The translations under genes and the position numbers were made by a program. This document shows, in pieces, positions 36,501 through 47,368 of a DNA stretch of 64,000 bases; positions within the stretch are counted from its first letter, which is position 1, and each line of letters starts with the position of its first letter. The stretch spans positions 33,604,001 to 33,668,000 of the forward strand of contig NW_025963780.1 of NCBI RefSeq assembly GCF_023055435.1, read 5' to 3'. This DNA comes from Haliotis rufescens (Eukaryota). The notes beneath the pieces were generated by a model, which saw only the letters and a list, made by a program, of their open reading frames with translations, ran no database searches and was not told the origin of the DNA.

Positions 36501-39500
36501 AGATTTAATACTCTTATGTGGGTGTGCTACAATGAACATGATGAAATAATGTAAAGTACAAGAACTGATTTTCAATTTCTGTTTGAATTTGAATTTTGGG
36601 GGAGTGGTGATACCCAAATATGACATGTCAACATTTACTTCCCACTGTGGAAAACAATCTTGGATTAAGCAAAAGCGCACTGAACATTGGTATTAGCTAT
36701 TAAAATAGATCAGATTATTCTTAGAATAAATGATCCTGTGGTATAAGTGTTCATCTTTTGTAAACTTGTTTGGGTGTTGTAAACACTGTTAGATATTTAA
36801 AATCGTTTGCTTGATGTGTAGGCACAAAATGTGTTGTCAGAATAAGAAAGAGATATAAGCCATGGAAAGAAAATAATTTGCAGTTTCAAGTGTAAAATGT
36901 GTACAATGTTGAGGCATAGTGTATTTCCACCTTTTCACATCCTGTCTCCCAGACCCTAGAGAATAAATTAAAAAGGAGCCAAATCAAGTCTAGAATGATT
37001 TGGCAAGTCTAGATTGCCACAGCTCTAAGCATCGCTCTGGGCTCCTTTTGGATGTTATTTTGTAGACATATATTTTTTGATAACATAATTTTATTTCTGG
37101 GACTAAATGTTAGTCTAACATACTGTTAACCTGTGTGGTATGGGTCCGAATAGGCCCTTAGTACCCCATGCAGAGTATACAAACCTTTCTTCAAATAAAG
37201 CCACTTACCTAAGGACACATAACATATAATATTTGTAACAGTGTGGACAGGACAGTAATTCTGGAAACCCGCATAAGATTCTGGTAGGTTTGACTGACAG
37301 CTACTTCTTTTAGCCCTTACAATTGTTAGACCTGGGAAGATCCGGGGTAAAAATAGGTCTTCAGCAACCCATGCTTGCTGTAAAAGGCGCTATGCTTGTC
37401 GTAAAAGGCGACTAACGGGATCAGGTGGTCAGGCTCGCTGACTTAGTTGATGCATGTCATCAATTCCAATTGCGTGGATCGATGCTCATGATATTAATCA
37501 CTGGATTGTCTGGTCCAGACTCAATTATTTACAGACCGCCGTCATATAGCTGGAGTATTGCTGAGTGCGGCGTTAAACAACAAACCAACCAACCAACTTA
37601 CAATTGTTCTAAGTTTGCTGATGACGTTGTGATTCTGCAGGCATCAATGAGAAGGATGCCAATGACATCACATGGTGCCTGAAGACGTCGTCCTATGAGA
37701 AGAAGATCCGCTACGCGGCTCGCAGCTTGTTCCAGAGAATCAACACGACACACAAGGAGGCTCTCTCGAAGGATGAGTACATGGACGCCATTAAAGGCGT
37801 CACTGGGAAGGTGAAGGAGCAGAGGCTGCTGATGGCTGCAGGTAGGGGGGACAGCAGGGCCAGATAACCTTTTGAGCAATTGAGTTTTTACTCTGGGGTT
37901 TCTATTTAAATTAATTGGCCTTTGTCAGCTGAAACTCAAATGTTTATATTCTTGGCCTACATCAGCTGAAACTCCAGTATTTATATTCTTGGCCTACATC
38001 AGCTAAAACTCCAGTGTTTATATTCTTGGCCTACATCAGCTAAAACTCCAGTGTTTATATTCTTGGCCTACATCAGCTGAAACTCCAGTATTTATATTCT
38101 TGGCCTACATCAGCTGAAACTCCAGTATTTATATTCTTGACCTACATCAGCTGAAACTCCAGTATTTATATTCTTGGCCTATATCAGCTGAAACTCCAGT
38201 ATTTATATTCTTGGCCTATATCAGCTGAAACTCCAGTATTTATATTCTTGGCCTATATCAGCTGAAACTCAAGTATTTATATTCTTGGCCTATATCAGCT
38301 GAAACTCAAGTATTTGTATTCTTGGCCTACATCAGCGGAAACTCCAGTATTTATATTCTTGGCCTATATCAGCTGAAACTCCAGTATTTATATTCTTGGC
38401 CTACATCAGCGGAAACTCCAGTATTTATATTCTTGGCCTATATCAGCTGAAACTTGAGTATTTATATTCTTGGCCTATATCAGCTGAAACTCCAGTATTT
38501 ATATTCTTGACCTACATCAGCTGAAACTCCAGTGTTTATATTTTTGGCCTACATCAGCTGAAACCCCAGTGTTTATATTCTTGGCCTACATCAGCTGAAA
38601 CTCCAGTATTTATATTCTTGGCCTACATCAGCTGAATCCCCAGTATTTTATATTCTTGGCCTACATCAGCTGAAACTCCAGTATTTTATATTCTTGGCCT
38701 ACATCAGCCGAAACCCCAGTATTTTATATTCTTGGCCTTCATCAGCCGAAACCCCAGTATTTTATATTCTTGGCCTACATCAGCTGAAACTCAAGTATTT
38801 ATATTCTTGGCCTATATCAGCTGAAACTCAAGTATTTATATTCTTGGCCTACATCAGCTGAAACTCCAGTACATTAATTATCCCCTTGACCACAGTCATC
38901 AGAATCTCATTCTCTTTCTCATCCTGTGCCATTTTCACACCTCAGATGTTCACTTTATTCACTACACAGGTAGGAAAATCGGCAAAGAAATATCTGAGAA
39001 TGAATTTGTGAAGATGCTTTCGAAGAAAATTCAAGGGACCGTGACCTTGACTACAGAGGAGCTAGCCGACACCAACGTGTCATACGAATCGGCCGGATAT
39101 GTGACAAAGGTAAGACAATATGACAATAACTACCGGTACTATAAGTTGGACTTATGGTAGAAAAAGCCAAGGATGCACACAAAATGAAGGTTGTAGCGAC
39201 CATTTATGGCACTAAGATGAGGTTAAAAATGGCCATATGTGACAGATAGATCTTAAACACAACAATACAGTCAAGTCCCGTTAATCCGACATTGTTGGTT
39301 GCATATAATTATGTCGGATTGATGAGTATGTCGGATAACGAAATTAGGTAGTCAAAAGATAAAAAATTGGACAACTACACGATAGATAACGATACGAACA
39401 CGTAGGAAAATGAAAATTTTGAAACTGGTGCCGCAATGCTTAAGAAAGCTGCTTTCTTAGTGGCTAATGTCAACTTCCTGTTAATAATTTCATTAGTCGG

Positions 39501-42500
39501 TCCAAGTTCGCAAAAGGTCGTTTTGACGTGACCTGTAATGGGATGTCCTCAGCAGAAGCGAGATCTTGTATCCGAGTTTAGGTAATCTAGGCATGTGATT
39601 AATCCTGTTTTGTATATTTAAAGCAGTAACTGTTTATTGTTAAGCAAGTTTATCTCTGCAGCTGTTGAAATATGCAGCTACTCACCGACTCGTCTCGCAT
39701 CAAAACACAGGGCTGTGTACTCGCGGGCAGATGACCACGGAGTACGCTGATCACTGTGTCGGATTAATGAGACTGATTAATGAGTGATTTCAGCATTTCG
39801 TTGCAAATTAGGTGTGTCGGAGTCAGAGTGCAAGACTATCAGATTAACGGGTCTAAATATCACTTATTTAATCGGTTCCCATCATTAGTGTCGGATAAAG
39901 CCGATTGTCAGATTAACGATTGTCGGATTAATGAGACTTAACTGTATAAGATAATTCGATGTGAAAAACAATCATATCTGACAATGCGAGGTTAACGACC
40001 ATGCATGCTACGAAGTCATGTATATTAACACATGATTAAATGTCATTTAAGAATGAAGAGGGAAATACATGAATGACTTGGTGAACACATTTGTACTTGA
40101 AGGTCAAACATCAATTATTAAAAAGTAGTTTTGCCCAATATGATGGTGCCACCATCTCGGCCACTCAAGACATCTGGCATACCACTTACTTTGAGTTATT
40201 TCAGTGTACACAACTGGTACAAGTACATTAGACTGGGATCTTCACATCGAGTCTTACTTACTTACTTACCTAAATTAGGAATTTAACGTGCGCTTTCCGA
40301 CATATGCGTATTTCGCGCACAGGCCCGCCAGGCCATTTGGTGTTTGGTCGAAAAAGGTATGTCCGAAAAGGTGAGGCAACCTAGGTGGGGCTGTTTAGGG
40401 TTGCTTACTTAATTTGGAGAACAATTTTGGAATTTTGGAATATGCCAAAAGGTGGAGAGGGGGGGAGACTAAAAGGAGTTTGTGTGTTTTTATAGGTTTA
40501 AAATTTTAGGGTTTATTGGCAGCTTGTCTGTTGTCCTTTTATTTTTAAATGCGGCCGAGTAGGCCTGTTTTGATTAGATATATGTCTAGTGTTTTAAAGG
40601 TTTTTAAGTCATTTAGGGGGTTCAGTACATTTGCTAGTGTCATTTGATTGTTGCAATTTAGTGTGGGTTGTAGTGTTGTTCTGTGTTGCACATCGAGTCT
40701 ATGGCCATGCATGCTTATAAGCCTAGATATGAAAATATCTCGAGATGAGAGAAATATGATATTTTAGTGGAGGTAACTCTTGTATGACAATAGTTGCGTC
40801 AAAGTGTTATGTTCACTGCAGTGAAATATCAAGTGTTATGTTTACTGCAGTGAAATATCCCTTGGGCACGCCAGAAACCTATGATTGTGGGTTCGAATCC
40901 CGGTTCGCCCCGATCATGTTTCTAGGTTTGTCAGCACCATACCCGTGCTCATGGGTTTCACCGAAGTGGTAAACGTCTGAGACCTGCATCACTTCGGGCT
41001 TTCCTCCCACATTAAGCTGACACGCCGTGATATAACTGGAACACTGTTATAAGCGGCGTTAAACCCAACTCACTCACTCACTCATTCTTGCTAAGTTCCA
41101 GCTCTAAGGCCTTGCCATCTCAGAGGACATGTTGAAAATGCAAAATGCAATGACTATGGTAAATTGAACAGATTGACGACAGACAACATGCCATTGCATG
41201 TGCTCACAGTTTATTTGTACAACTAGTTGCGCAAGAGTATCGTCCAATGTGTATAATCCAAGTATTTTTATTGTTAAATTATGTTAAAGTTTTATATATA
41301 CAGTCAAACCTCATTGTGCCAAACTCATGGGGACCAGAAAAACAGTTCCAGTTATCCGGGACTCAAGACATCGGGAACACTTTTTGTTAATTTGGATACT
41401 TGGGACTCCCAAATGAGTTCGAGACAACCAGGGGTTCGACATATCAAGTTCGACACAATGAGGTTTGACTGTACAGAAAAGCCGATCTCATAGGAAGGCC
41501 GAGGTATTAACTTGGTCCTTGAAATCTGTATCAGACTGTTATAAGTGGTAGATAAGCCCTACCCCAACCTTAAACTACGTCTCGTCATGGTCTGACATCG
41601 GAAATAGAATATCAACCGTCCGTATTGAATTACGCATGTTAATCCTGTCGTTGCACCATCTGTAATAAAAAGTGTTTAATTGTATATCTGGACTCATGTT
41701 TGTAATCTACGTAATCTACTTTCATCATGTTCATTCAATAATATTTACATTAATTTCGGTGTCCATCCGGTACTTACAACTTCAATTTGCCCCGTTCCAT
41801 AAGGTCTGCTTTACCAACTCGCCGTTATTTACAGCAACCACGCTCATATAACCGCTATTGACAACTTGAAATGCTCCTTAGTTGACAGAAAATGGATACA
41901 TATATCATAACTGCCATACTTTGACTTGTTAAAAGTAATATTTGTTGTAATTTGACAATTAAATGTCAACATATTGTTTCTGCAATGGAAATAACAGGTG
42001 TATATATTGTGTGTATCAGGCTATAGAAGTATGTTCAGGGGTAGAAACTAATATTTTTAGTCCAGAGATAACATATAGCAAAACCCTTATAAATGGCCTT
42101 TTTGTACTGGTCCTTATGATGCCTTAACTATTGGGCAGTTTGGCAAGGTCTGTAGGACAAGCGCCAATTTCTAATACTGAATTTTTTATACATGTACCTA
42201 TCTTCAGGGATGAGTCAGAGTGTCATGGTGACACTGTTGCACACGAGGAGCAACGCTGAGTCAGCACACCTGTCAGTACTTCACTACATGTGTGCTAAGG
42301 AAATGACACAAAAATCAACTTGATAATACCGAGTTTCATATTTATGACAGTTTGATTGAATGTTTGTGGAGCGATCCTATTCAGGTGGCACCAGGTGGAA
42401 TTCATGAACAGTTGACTAATATAATACTGCATCATCTCATTGACATTTATGGTGTCATGTATGGTCATATATGGTTGTTTTGACATCTTGGTGTAATACA

Positions 42501-45030
42501 TGGTCATTTTAACCTCATCTTAGTGTCATATATGGTCGTTTTAACCTCATCTTAGTGTCATATATGGTTGTTTGAACCTCAGCTTAGTGTTGTCACAATG
42601 TTGTTTACATGTTAGTATTCATGTTTTACCCTCTTCATGGCCAATTATTTATCTATGAGTCGGGGGGCACTGGGTGGCCCAGTCGTCTAAGGCGCCACGA
42701 TTCACTGTGCAGAGTTGCGTCCCTTGGGCACGTCAGAAACCTATGATTGTGGGTTTGAATCCCGGTTCGCCCCAATTATGTTTCTAGGTTTGTCAGCACC
42801 ATACCCTTGCTCGTGGATTTCACCGAAGTGGTAAACGTCCGAGACCTGCATCACTTCGGGCTTTCCTCCCACATTAAGCTGACAAGCTGCAATATAACTG
42901 TAATACTGTTAAAAGCGGCGTTAAACCCAACTCACTAACTCACACTCATCTATGAGTGTGTAGTGTAAAGTCATTAAATCATGTGTTAATAGGTATCAAT
43001 GACTGTTGCAAAGAAACTTTGTTTCTTTTTACATATTCTTTACTGTTGTTTCTTATAACCTTATTTATATGGTATTATGTTGAAAATAGTCCAGAAAATA
43101 TTCAGGTGAGCTACAGAGCATATTTTGATGAGAGCAAAAACAAATCAAGGAATTCCGAAAACAGGGTTGAATCAGAAAATGCCAAAGTGTATATTATTTC
43201 AGGTGGAAAATTAAAAGGTTAATTTATGACATAGAAAAGGAGCATCTGATGAGATGATCATTGTTTATGTTGCAGATTTACCGCTACCCCCGACAGACCT
43301 TTTCTTCCGTGATGGACCAGGCATTGGAATACTCCTCCCAGGAGGGGCTGAACTGGGTTGTGTCCCTCATCCCCACCAATCAGCTGTACGTCCTCGGCCT
43401 GCTCTTTGTCTACAGCTTCATCACTCCTGACTTCATGTTTTTCTTCATCCCGCTCTTCATCTTCTACCTCTCCTTCGCTGCCATCATCGTCTGCACCTTG
43501 CAGATGTTCTACAAGAAGAAGAAGCAGAACGATGCTGCAACTCTGGCTGGTGTTCTCAAAGAACTCGACGTGACCATCGATCTCGACAAAACGGAGTCTC
43601 AGTTCACCTGGAACTCACTCACTCCTTACATCGTCTTCTTTTGCAACCTGCCGCTCGTTATCGCGAGTTTCTCGCTTTGCAACAAATCCTACGTTCCTTG
43701 TGCCGAGATTACAGTCATTTCCTTCGTCATGACCGGATTATGTTTCTTCAGCCTCAGCGACCACCATGACAAGCTGACCTTCTTCGCGCTGTTCGCCAAC
43801 CTGCTGTCCTCACTCCCCGTGTTTCTACACAACTTCCCATCAGTGCCGTTACTTAAACAGATTATCGGGTTCCTCACAGATCCATTCATCGCTTTGGACA
43901 CTGGTGTGGGTATTACCTTTAATGTCAGTATTCCTTCAGTAGCATATGCAATAATCCCCTTGTTCTTTGTTCGAATGGCCACTCGGAAGTCGTGGGAAGG
44001 AACATACCGAGTCCTAATCCCCCATCTTGTCTGTTATTTCTGGTTTAACATCCTGACCTCGACCTTCCCTTTCACCTCCTGGGTGGGGCTAGCTCGGGCC
44101 ACCATTGGCTACATGCTTCTCCCTGTGCTAGTCCCACTCAGCCTCGTCGGAGTTGCTGTGATGTTCATCTTCGCCGTCTACAAAGCCTTCCAGACAGAGA
44201 TGCTTGGGAAGATGGTTGTGACTGTTGTCCTTCTTGCTATACCGATTCTCATGACCCAGACCAAGAAAATCTTCGGAAAAAAATTTGATGCTAAGTTTGG
44301 AATTGCCAAAAAGGTCGTCATGGTTGTTTTCGCCATTCTAGCTTTGGTGCCACTGATTTTTGTCAGAATTCCTGCATGGAAGAAAGAGGTTCCTGTTGAA
44401 CTGTCGTACGAAAATTACACTTCTTTATGTTTCCGAGAAAAAGTGGTAAATGATGTCCCGCAGCAAATTACTTGCAGCCATCTCATTGGTACAAAAATTA
44501 CATGGACTGGAACGGTTGAAGGTGTGACCGTTGTAAAAATTGAGAATACAGCCGAAAGCGTCATTGGCACTCTTCCCTCTTTCGTAGCGAAGCCTTTATA
44601 TTGCATGTATGGGCAGCCATTCCCGCAGTGTGACCGGAAACTGCTCAGTAAGAAGGGTTACAGTTTTTGCGTTATCATGCGTGGACTCGGACATTCATGC
44701 CATGTTAAGAACCACAATGTGTACACTTTCGAAATTCTCATGCTTACTGGGGATCAGAACATCAAAATAGAAGCTGGCGATAATTTCAAGGAAACGGTTC
44801 TTGCTCTGGAGATCGGGGACGTGGTGCAGTATAGAGGGGCACTGACAGATAACCTCGGAGGAACTGTCCCCAAATTAAAACTGTCTTCTTTGAAAGCAAC
44901 CAATCGCACGCTGCCAATCATGATGCATGTTGACGAGGATGACGACAAGTACATGTCCGCTGTTCAGGAAGCAATTGCCGTTACTTTCAACTTCCTCTGG
45001 TTTCCGCTGCTGGAGTTTTCTACCAAGTAA
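24504..45030 (+). CDS. WFS1: Wolframin (WFS1 orthologue), spliced model join(24504-24507,28248-28937,34910-35356,36282-36497,37641-37841,38970-39109,43276-45030), about 1150 aa
   Basis: All introns are GT-AG with compatible phases (1,1,1,1,1,0); total 3453 nt = 1151 codons. The peptide follows the wolframin layout: Sel1-like N-domain (GKHFLSLA...DWLLRASKQG), EF-like region, multi-TM region, luminal domain, C-terminal FNFLWFPLL. Large last exon as in vertebrate WFS1. Confidence 0.9.
24676..24783. mobile_element. Short palindromic MITE (Harbinger-like); second copy at about 46681-46804
   Basis: GGCCCACTTGCACAAAACGATCTTA ... TAAGATTGCTTTGAGCAAGTTGGCC flanked by CWG. Confidence 0.65.
25108..25278 (+). 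mobile_element. SINE family A
   Basis: Family match; TSD TCAACATTAACAGG. Confidence 0.88.
25315..25678. mobile_element. Penelope-like fold-back element with hammerhead motif (WFS1 intron 2)
   Basis: Inverted arms about 25348-25470/25543-25679; 12-bp TSD AACATTAAAGTG; TTGATAA-c-GGTGT...ACACC-GAAA at 25595-25624. Confidence 0.78.
27350..28105. repeat. 31-bp minisatellite (WFS1 intron 2)
   Basis: CTGAGGTCAACTGCTAATCCCTTCCATCACT, about 24 copies. Confidence 0.95.
28248..28937 (+). CDS. WFS1: WFS1 exon 3: S/T/P/E-rich low-complexity exon with six (R/K)WG repeats
   Basis: Acceptor CTTCCTTCCCTCAG|AC; 690-nt open frame (includes ORF 28463-28942); donor A|GTTAGT; phase 1 at both ends. Confidence 0.75.
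29738..30285. repeat. 53-bp G/T-rich minisatellite (WFS1 intron 3)
   Basis: GGTGGATTTAGGTGGATAGTTTTGTGCTTGGGGGTCAGGTGGATTGTTTCATG, about 10 copies. Confidence 0.93.
30286..31900. repeat. 24/22-bp G-rich minisatellite (WFS1 intron 3)
   Basis: GGCCTGGATGGTGAGGGTCAGGTG and a 22-bp variant; 214-bp higher-order duplication. Confidence 0.95.
33803..33978 (+). mobile_element. SINE family A
   Basis: Family match; TSD CTACTTATATATTT. Confidence 0.88.
34910..35356 (+). CDS. WFS1: WFS1 exon 4: PEPK/PKSV-repeat proline-rich exon
   Basis: Acceptor ATTACAG|AG; open frame (ORF 34933-35403); donor A|GTGAGT; phase 1/1 joins to exon 5. Confidence 0.8.
35900..36190. mobile_element. hAT-type MITE
   Basis: TIR CAGTGTCCGAAATAA/TTATTTCGGACTCTG; 8-bp TSD GATATGGC. 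Confidence 0.82.
36282..36497 (+). CDS. WFS1: WFS1 exon 5 (Sel1-like repeat region)
   Basis: PEVIRSWESDANKGSEEHQLKLGKHFLSLADSDIERDRNAGLALDWLLRASKQGSEEATELLQSCVNRSLP; CCGCAG| acceptor, G|GTAAG donor. Confidence 0.93.
37329..37597 (+). mobile_element. Short retroposon family B (about 250 bp, no tRNA head, (AAAC/AACC)n tail); representative copy
   Basis: Other copies at about 2648-2873+, 6105-6345-, 10755-11003-, 11331-11569+, 24216-24405+, 26565-26835+, 26921-27045+, 33492-33747+, 35752-35816+, 56440-56683-, 59462-59622-, 59882-60105+, 63437-63699+. Confidence 0.88.
37641..37841 (+). CDS. WFS1: WFS1 exon 6
   Basis: GINEKDANDITWCLKTSSYEKKIRYAARSLFQRINTTHKEALSKDEYMDAIKGVTGKVKEQRLLMAA; CTGCAG| acceptor, G|GTAGG donor. 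Confidence 0.92.
37915..38870. repeat. 37-bp minisatellite (WFS1 intron 6)
   Basis: CTTGGCCTACATCAGCTGAAACTCCAGTATTTATATT, about 25 copies. Confidence 0.95.
38970..39109 (+). CDS. WFS1: WFS1 exon 7
   Basis: GRKIGKEISENEFVKMLSKKIQGTVTLTTEELADTNVSYESAGYVTK; CACAG| acceptor, AAG|GTAAG donor; 140 nt converts phase 1 to phase 0. Confidence 0.9.
39268..39944. mobile_element. Tc1/mariner-pogo-type non-autonomous DNA transposon
   Basis: TA|CAGTCAAGTCCCGTTAATCCGACA ... TGTCGGATTAATGAGACTTAACTG|TA. Confidence 0.8.
40255..40688 (-). mobile_element. 5'-truncated LINE (I/Nimb-group-like ORF2 C-terminus plus 3' UTR)
   Basis: 12-bp TSD CACATCGAGTCT; minus-strand frame ...LANVLNPLNDLKTFKTLDIYLIKTGLLGRI* (stop 40545-40547); (TAAG)n tail. 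Confidence 0.75.
41301..41471. mobile_element. pogo/Tigger-type MITE
   Basis: TA|CAGTCAAACCTCATTGTG ... CACAATGAGGTTTGACTG|TA. Confidence 0.82.
43276..45030 (+). CDS. WFS1: WFS1 terminal exon (transmembrane and ER-luminal domains)
   Basis: Part of the 589-aa ORF 43261-45030 downstream of acceptor TTGCAG|. IYRYP...GLNWVVSLIPTNQ, multiple hydrophobic segments, W-x-G-x-Y-R-x-L-I-P-H-L, Cys-containing luminal part, TAA stop followed by AATAAA at about 45038 and 45055. Confidence 0.95.
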   Translation: MYRYPRQTFSSVMDQALEYSSQEGLNWVVSLIPTNQLYVLGLLFVYSFITPDFMFFFIPLFIFYLSFAAIIVCTLQMFYKKKKQNDAATLAGVLKELDVTIDLDKTESQFTWNSLTPYIVFFCNLPLVIASFSLCNKSYVPCAEITVISFVMTGLCFFSLSDHHDKLTFFALFANLLSSLPVFLHNFPSVPLLKQIIGFLTDPFIALDTGVGITFNVSIPSVAYAIIPLFFVRMATRKSWEGTYRVLIPHLVCYFWFNILTSTFPFTSWVGLARATIGYMLLPVLVPLSLVGVAVMFIFAVYKAFQTEMLGKMVVTVVLLAIPILMTQTKKIFGKKFDAKFGIAKKVVMVVFAILALVPLIFVRIPAWKKEVPVELSYENYTSLCFREKVVNDVPQQITCSHLIGTKITWTGTVEGVTVVKIENTAESVIGTLPSFVAKPLYCMYGQPFPQCDRKLLSKKGYSFCVIMRGLGHSCHVKNHNVYTFEILMLTGDQNIKIEAGDNFKETVLALEIGDVVQYRGALTDNLGGTVPKLKLSSLKATNRTLPIMMHVDEDDDKYMSAVQEAIAVTFNFLWFPLLEFSTK

Positions 45031-46459
45031 CCATGGCAATAAAATTTTATCAGTAATAAATGGATTGGATATGAACATTTAGTTTATGAGCTTGTAAATG
45101 ATGTTTTCAATTCGATGCATAATTCTACAAGAATGGTTAGGGTTGTGAATAGAATTTGTTAGAATTATTCTAAAAATGTATTGCATGCATAAATCTTTAT
45201 GATGTTTATGTGCATGTTTGCATATTTACTATGTTTGCTATATTGGTCGATTTGACAATTGTTTTGTCGTGGATGATATCAAAGTAAAAATTAAGAATAT
45301 TTAAAAAATATTAACATATATAGGGAAAAGTCTTTTTATGATCATTTTCACAAGCTTTGAGATTTTTAAAAAAGTATGAATTTTGTTAAAATAAATAGTT
45401 ATTACTTTGATGTTCAATCCCTATATTATAGCTCCAGGTAAGTTGTGTATTCGTATAAATACCGTAGTCGACATGATAAGCGCCCAGGGTGCTCTCAAAA
45501 TTAGAAATAGAAGGCTCGTATTAGAATAAAATTTTGGTGAAAAAAAAACAGAGTTGAAAGATCGTAAATTTAGTGGTTTATGCTGACAGCCTGAAATGAT
45601 ACAATAGAAAAGTGCATATTAAGGGTGTATATAACACACAAGTGCGTATTATACACAAATAAATAAGTCTTGTGTATATTGATCAATCGGAAGGGTGTTA
45701 ATTGGGGTTGTTCACTAGCCAATATATTTGCAAATATCGCTGTGCAAAATATATCACCACAACCCAATTAATTTTGAGTTGCCTGCATACAAATACTCAT
45801 GAAAAATGTATAAAATTAGTATGGTATTATATTAGCAACACTGTGCGTATTATCCAGTGAGGCCTTTTCAGCTTGCCTACATGTGTTTCCAAAGGATTCT
45901 CATCTGTTGATCAATGCAAGCATCACATATACGTGAACTGACTGAAGTGATTGATGTACAATAGAGTGTTTTCTCGCTTACTATAGCTTAGACCTGCGTA
46001 TCGCTGTTTATGAGAGGCTTGGGCCAGCTTTTCTACATATAACACTCAACTAGAACAGCTTTTTGAGCAGGATTTTTTTTAATAGTTCACTCATTGGTCT
46101 AGGATGCCCTACAGACTGGACCCAAGGCCGTAAATATATTATCCCCAACAAAAACTAAAAATAACCCAAATAAAGCCAATACTTAGTCACCTGTCTCCTC
46201 ACAGCTGAGAGTGGGCTAGACAATCCTACTTGGCGGATTACTCAATTAGATATACTACATGAGATTACGTGGCAACATATCATGGATTGAACCCTATAAC
46301 AATAGACAATTAGAATTTTCTGTGCTAGAAATTTGTATTTGTATGACCTTTTTTATTAAAAATAACAAAAATTAAGACTTTCTCTCCAATCAAGGATGTA
46401 TTCTATGAAAAAATGGAAAAAAGAAATTGAGACATCCTCTCCAAGCAGTGATTTATTTA

Positions 46460-46622
46460 GGGGCAGTGGTGTAGCCTAGTGGTTAATGCGTTTGCTTGTC
46501 ACACCAAAGACCCGGGTTCAATTCCCACATGGGTACAATGTGTGAAGACCATTTCTGGTGTCCCTAGCTGTGATATTGCTGGAATATTGGTAAAAGCGAC
46601 GTAAAACCATACTGACTCACTC
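46460..46622 (+). mobile_element. SINE family A (diverged)
   Basis: Family match with CpG decay. Confidence 0.8.
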
Positions 46623-47368
46623 CCAGTGATGTATTCCATGCTAATGCCTCAAGAGTCTGCCAGTATGTGACTGGAATCCAGGGCCCACATGCACAAAACG
46701 ATCTTAGCACAAAACGATCTTAGCACTACAGCTATCATAAACCTATGTAAAAGTGTGGGAGTTGCGATCATCTTTGTGCTAAGATCGTTTGTGCAAGTGG
46801 GCCTGACCAAATTGACTCCTAATTTGATAGTTCTAAATCAAAACAAGAGGCAAACAGCTTGTTTGATTTTATTTTCATATCCCCCTCAAAATATGACATA
46901 TTTGCACATTTTCATAAAAACACTACATTATCACTTTTTTCTTCTTGTTCTGTATATGCAAATTGAATTCTAAATTTTGAAAACCCAAGAAATTGCTCTG
47001 TCGTAAAGAAAAGATGAAAAATATTGAAGACTCTCTATGCTGTAGTGTTCTACATGTTCAATAAAACACCCTACTGTAGTGTTAGAAGCGAGGAAATCAG
47101 TTAATATATTTTGTGTTGTGTGACTATTCCAAACATTCGGCGATCGATGTGAAAGCTCAAATCTTTTCTCACCGGACACAATGGTGTTTAATAGTAATCA
47201 AAACTTGGTGATTATGTTGTAAAGTCTTTTACTATTGTTCTGGTTCTGTGTTAAGAAGTTTTGATATTTTGTTACAGGTGGATGTGGAAAATACTTTCAG
47301 TTACTGGAATGCCATTAGAATGTTATGAATTGTTCATTGTTATGGAATTTTAACACTATTTACTAGCA

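Noticed and set aside
37915-38870. Hammerhead origin of the 37-bp array (CTGATG on minus, GAAAC on plus)
   Set aside because: The two core halves are on opposite strands, and there are no PLE tail or arms; probably coincidental.
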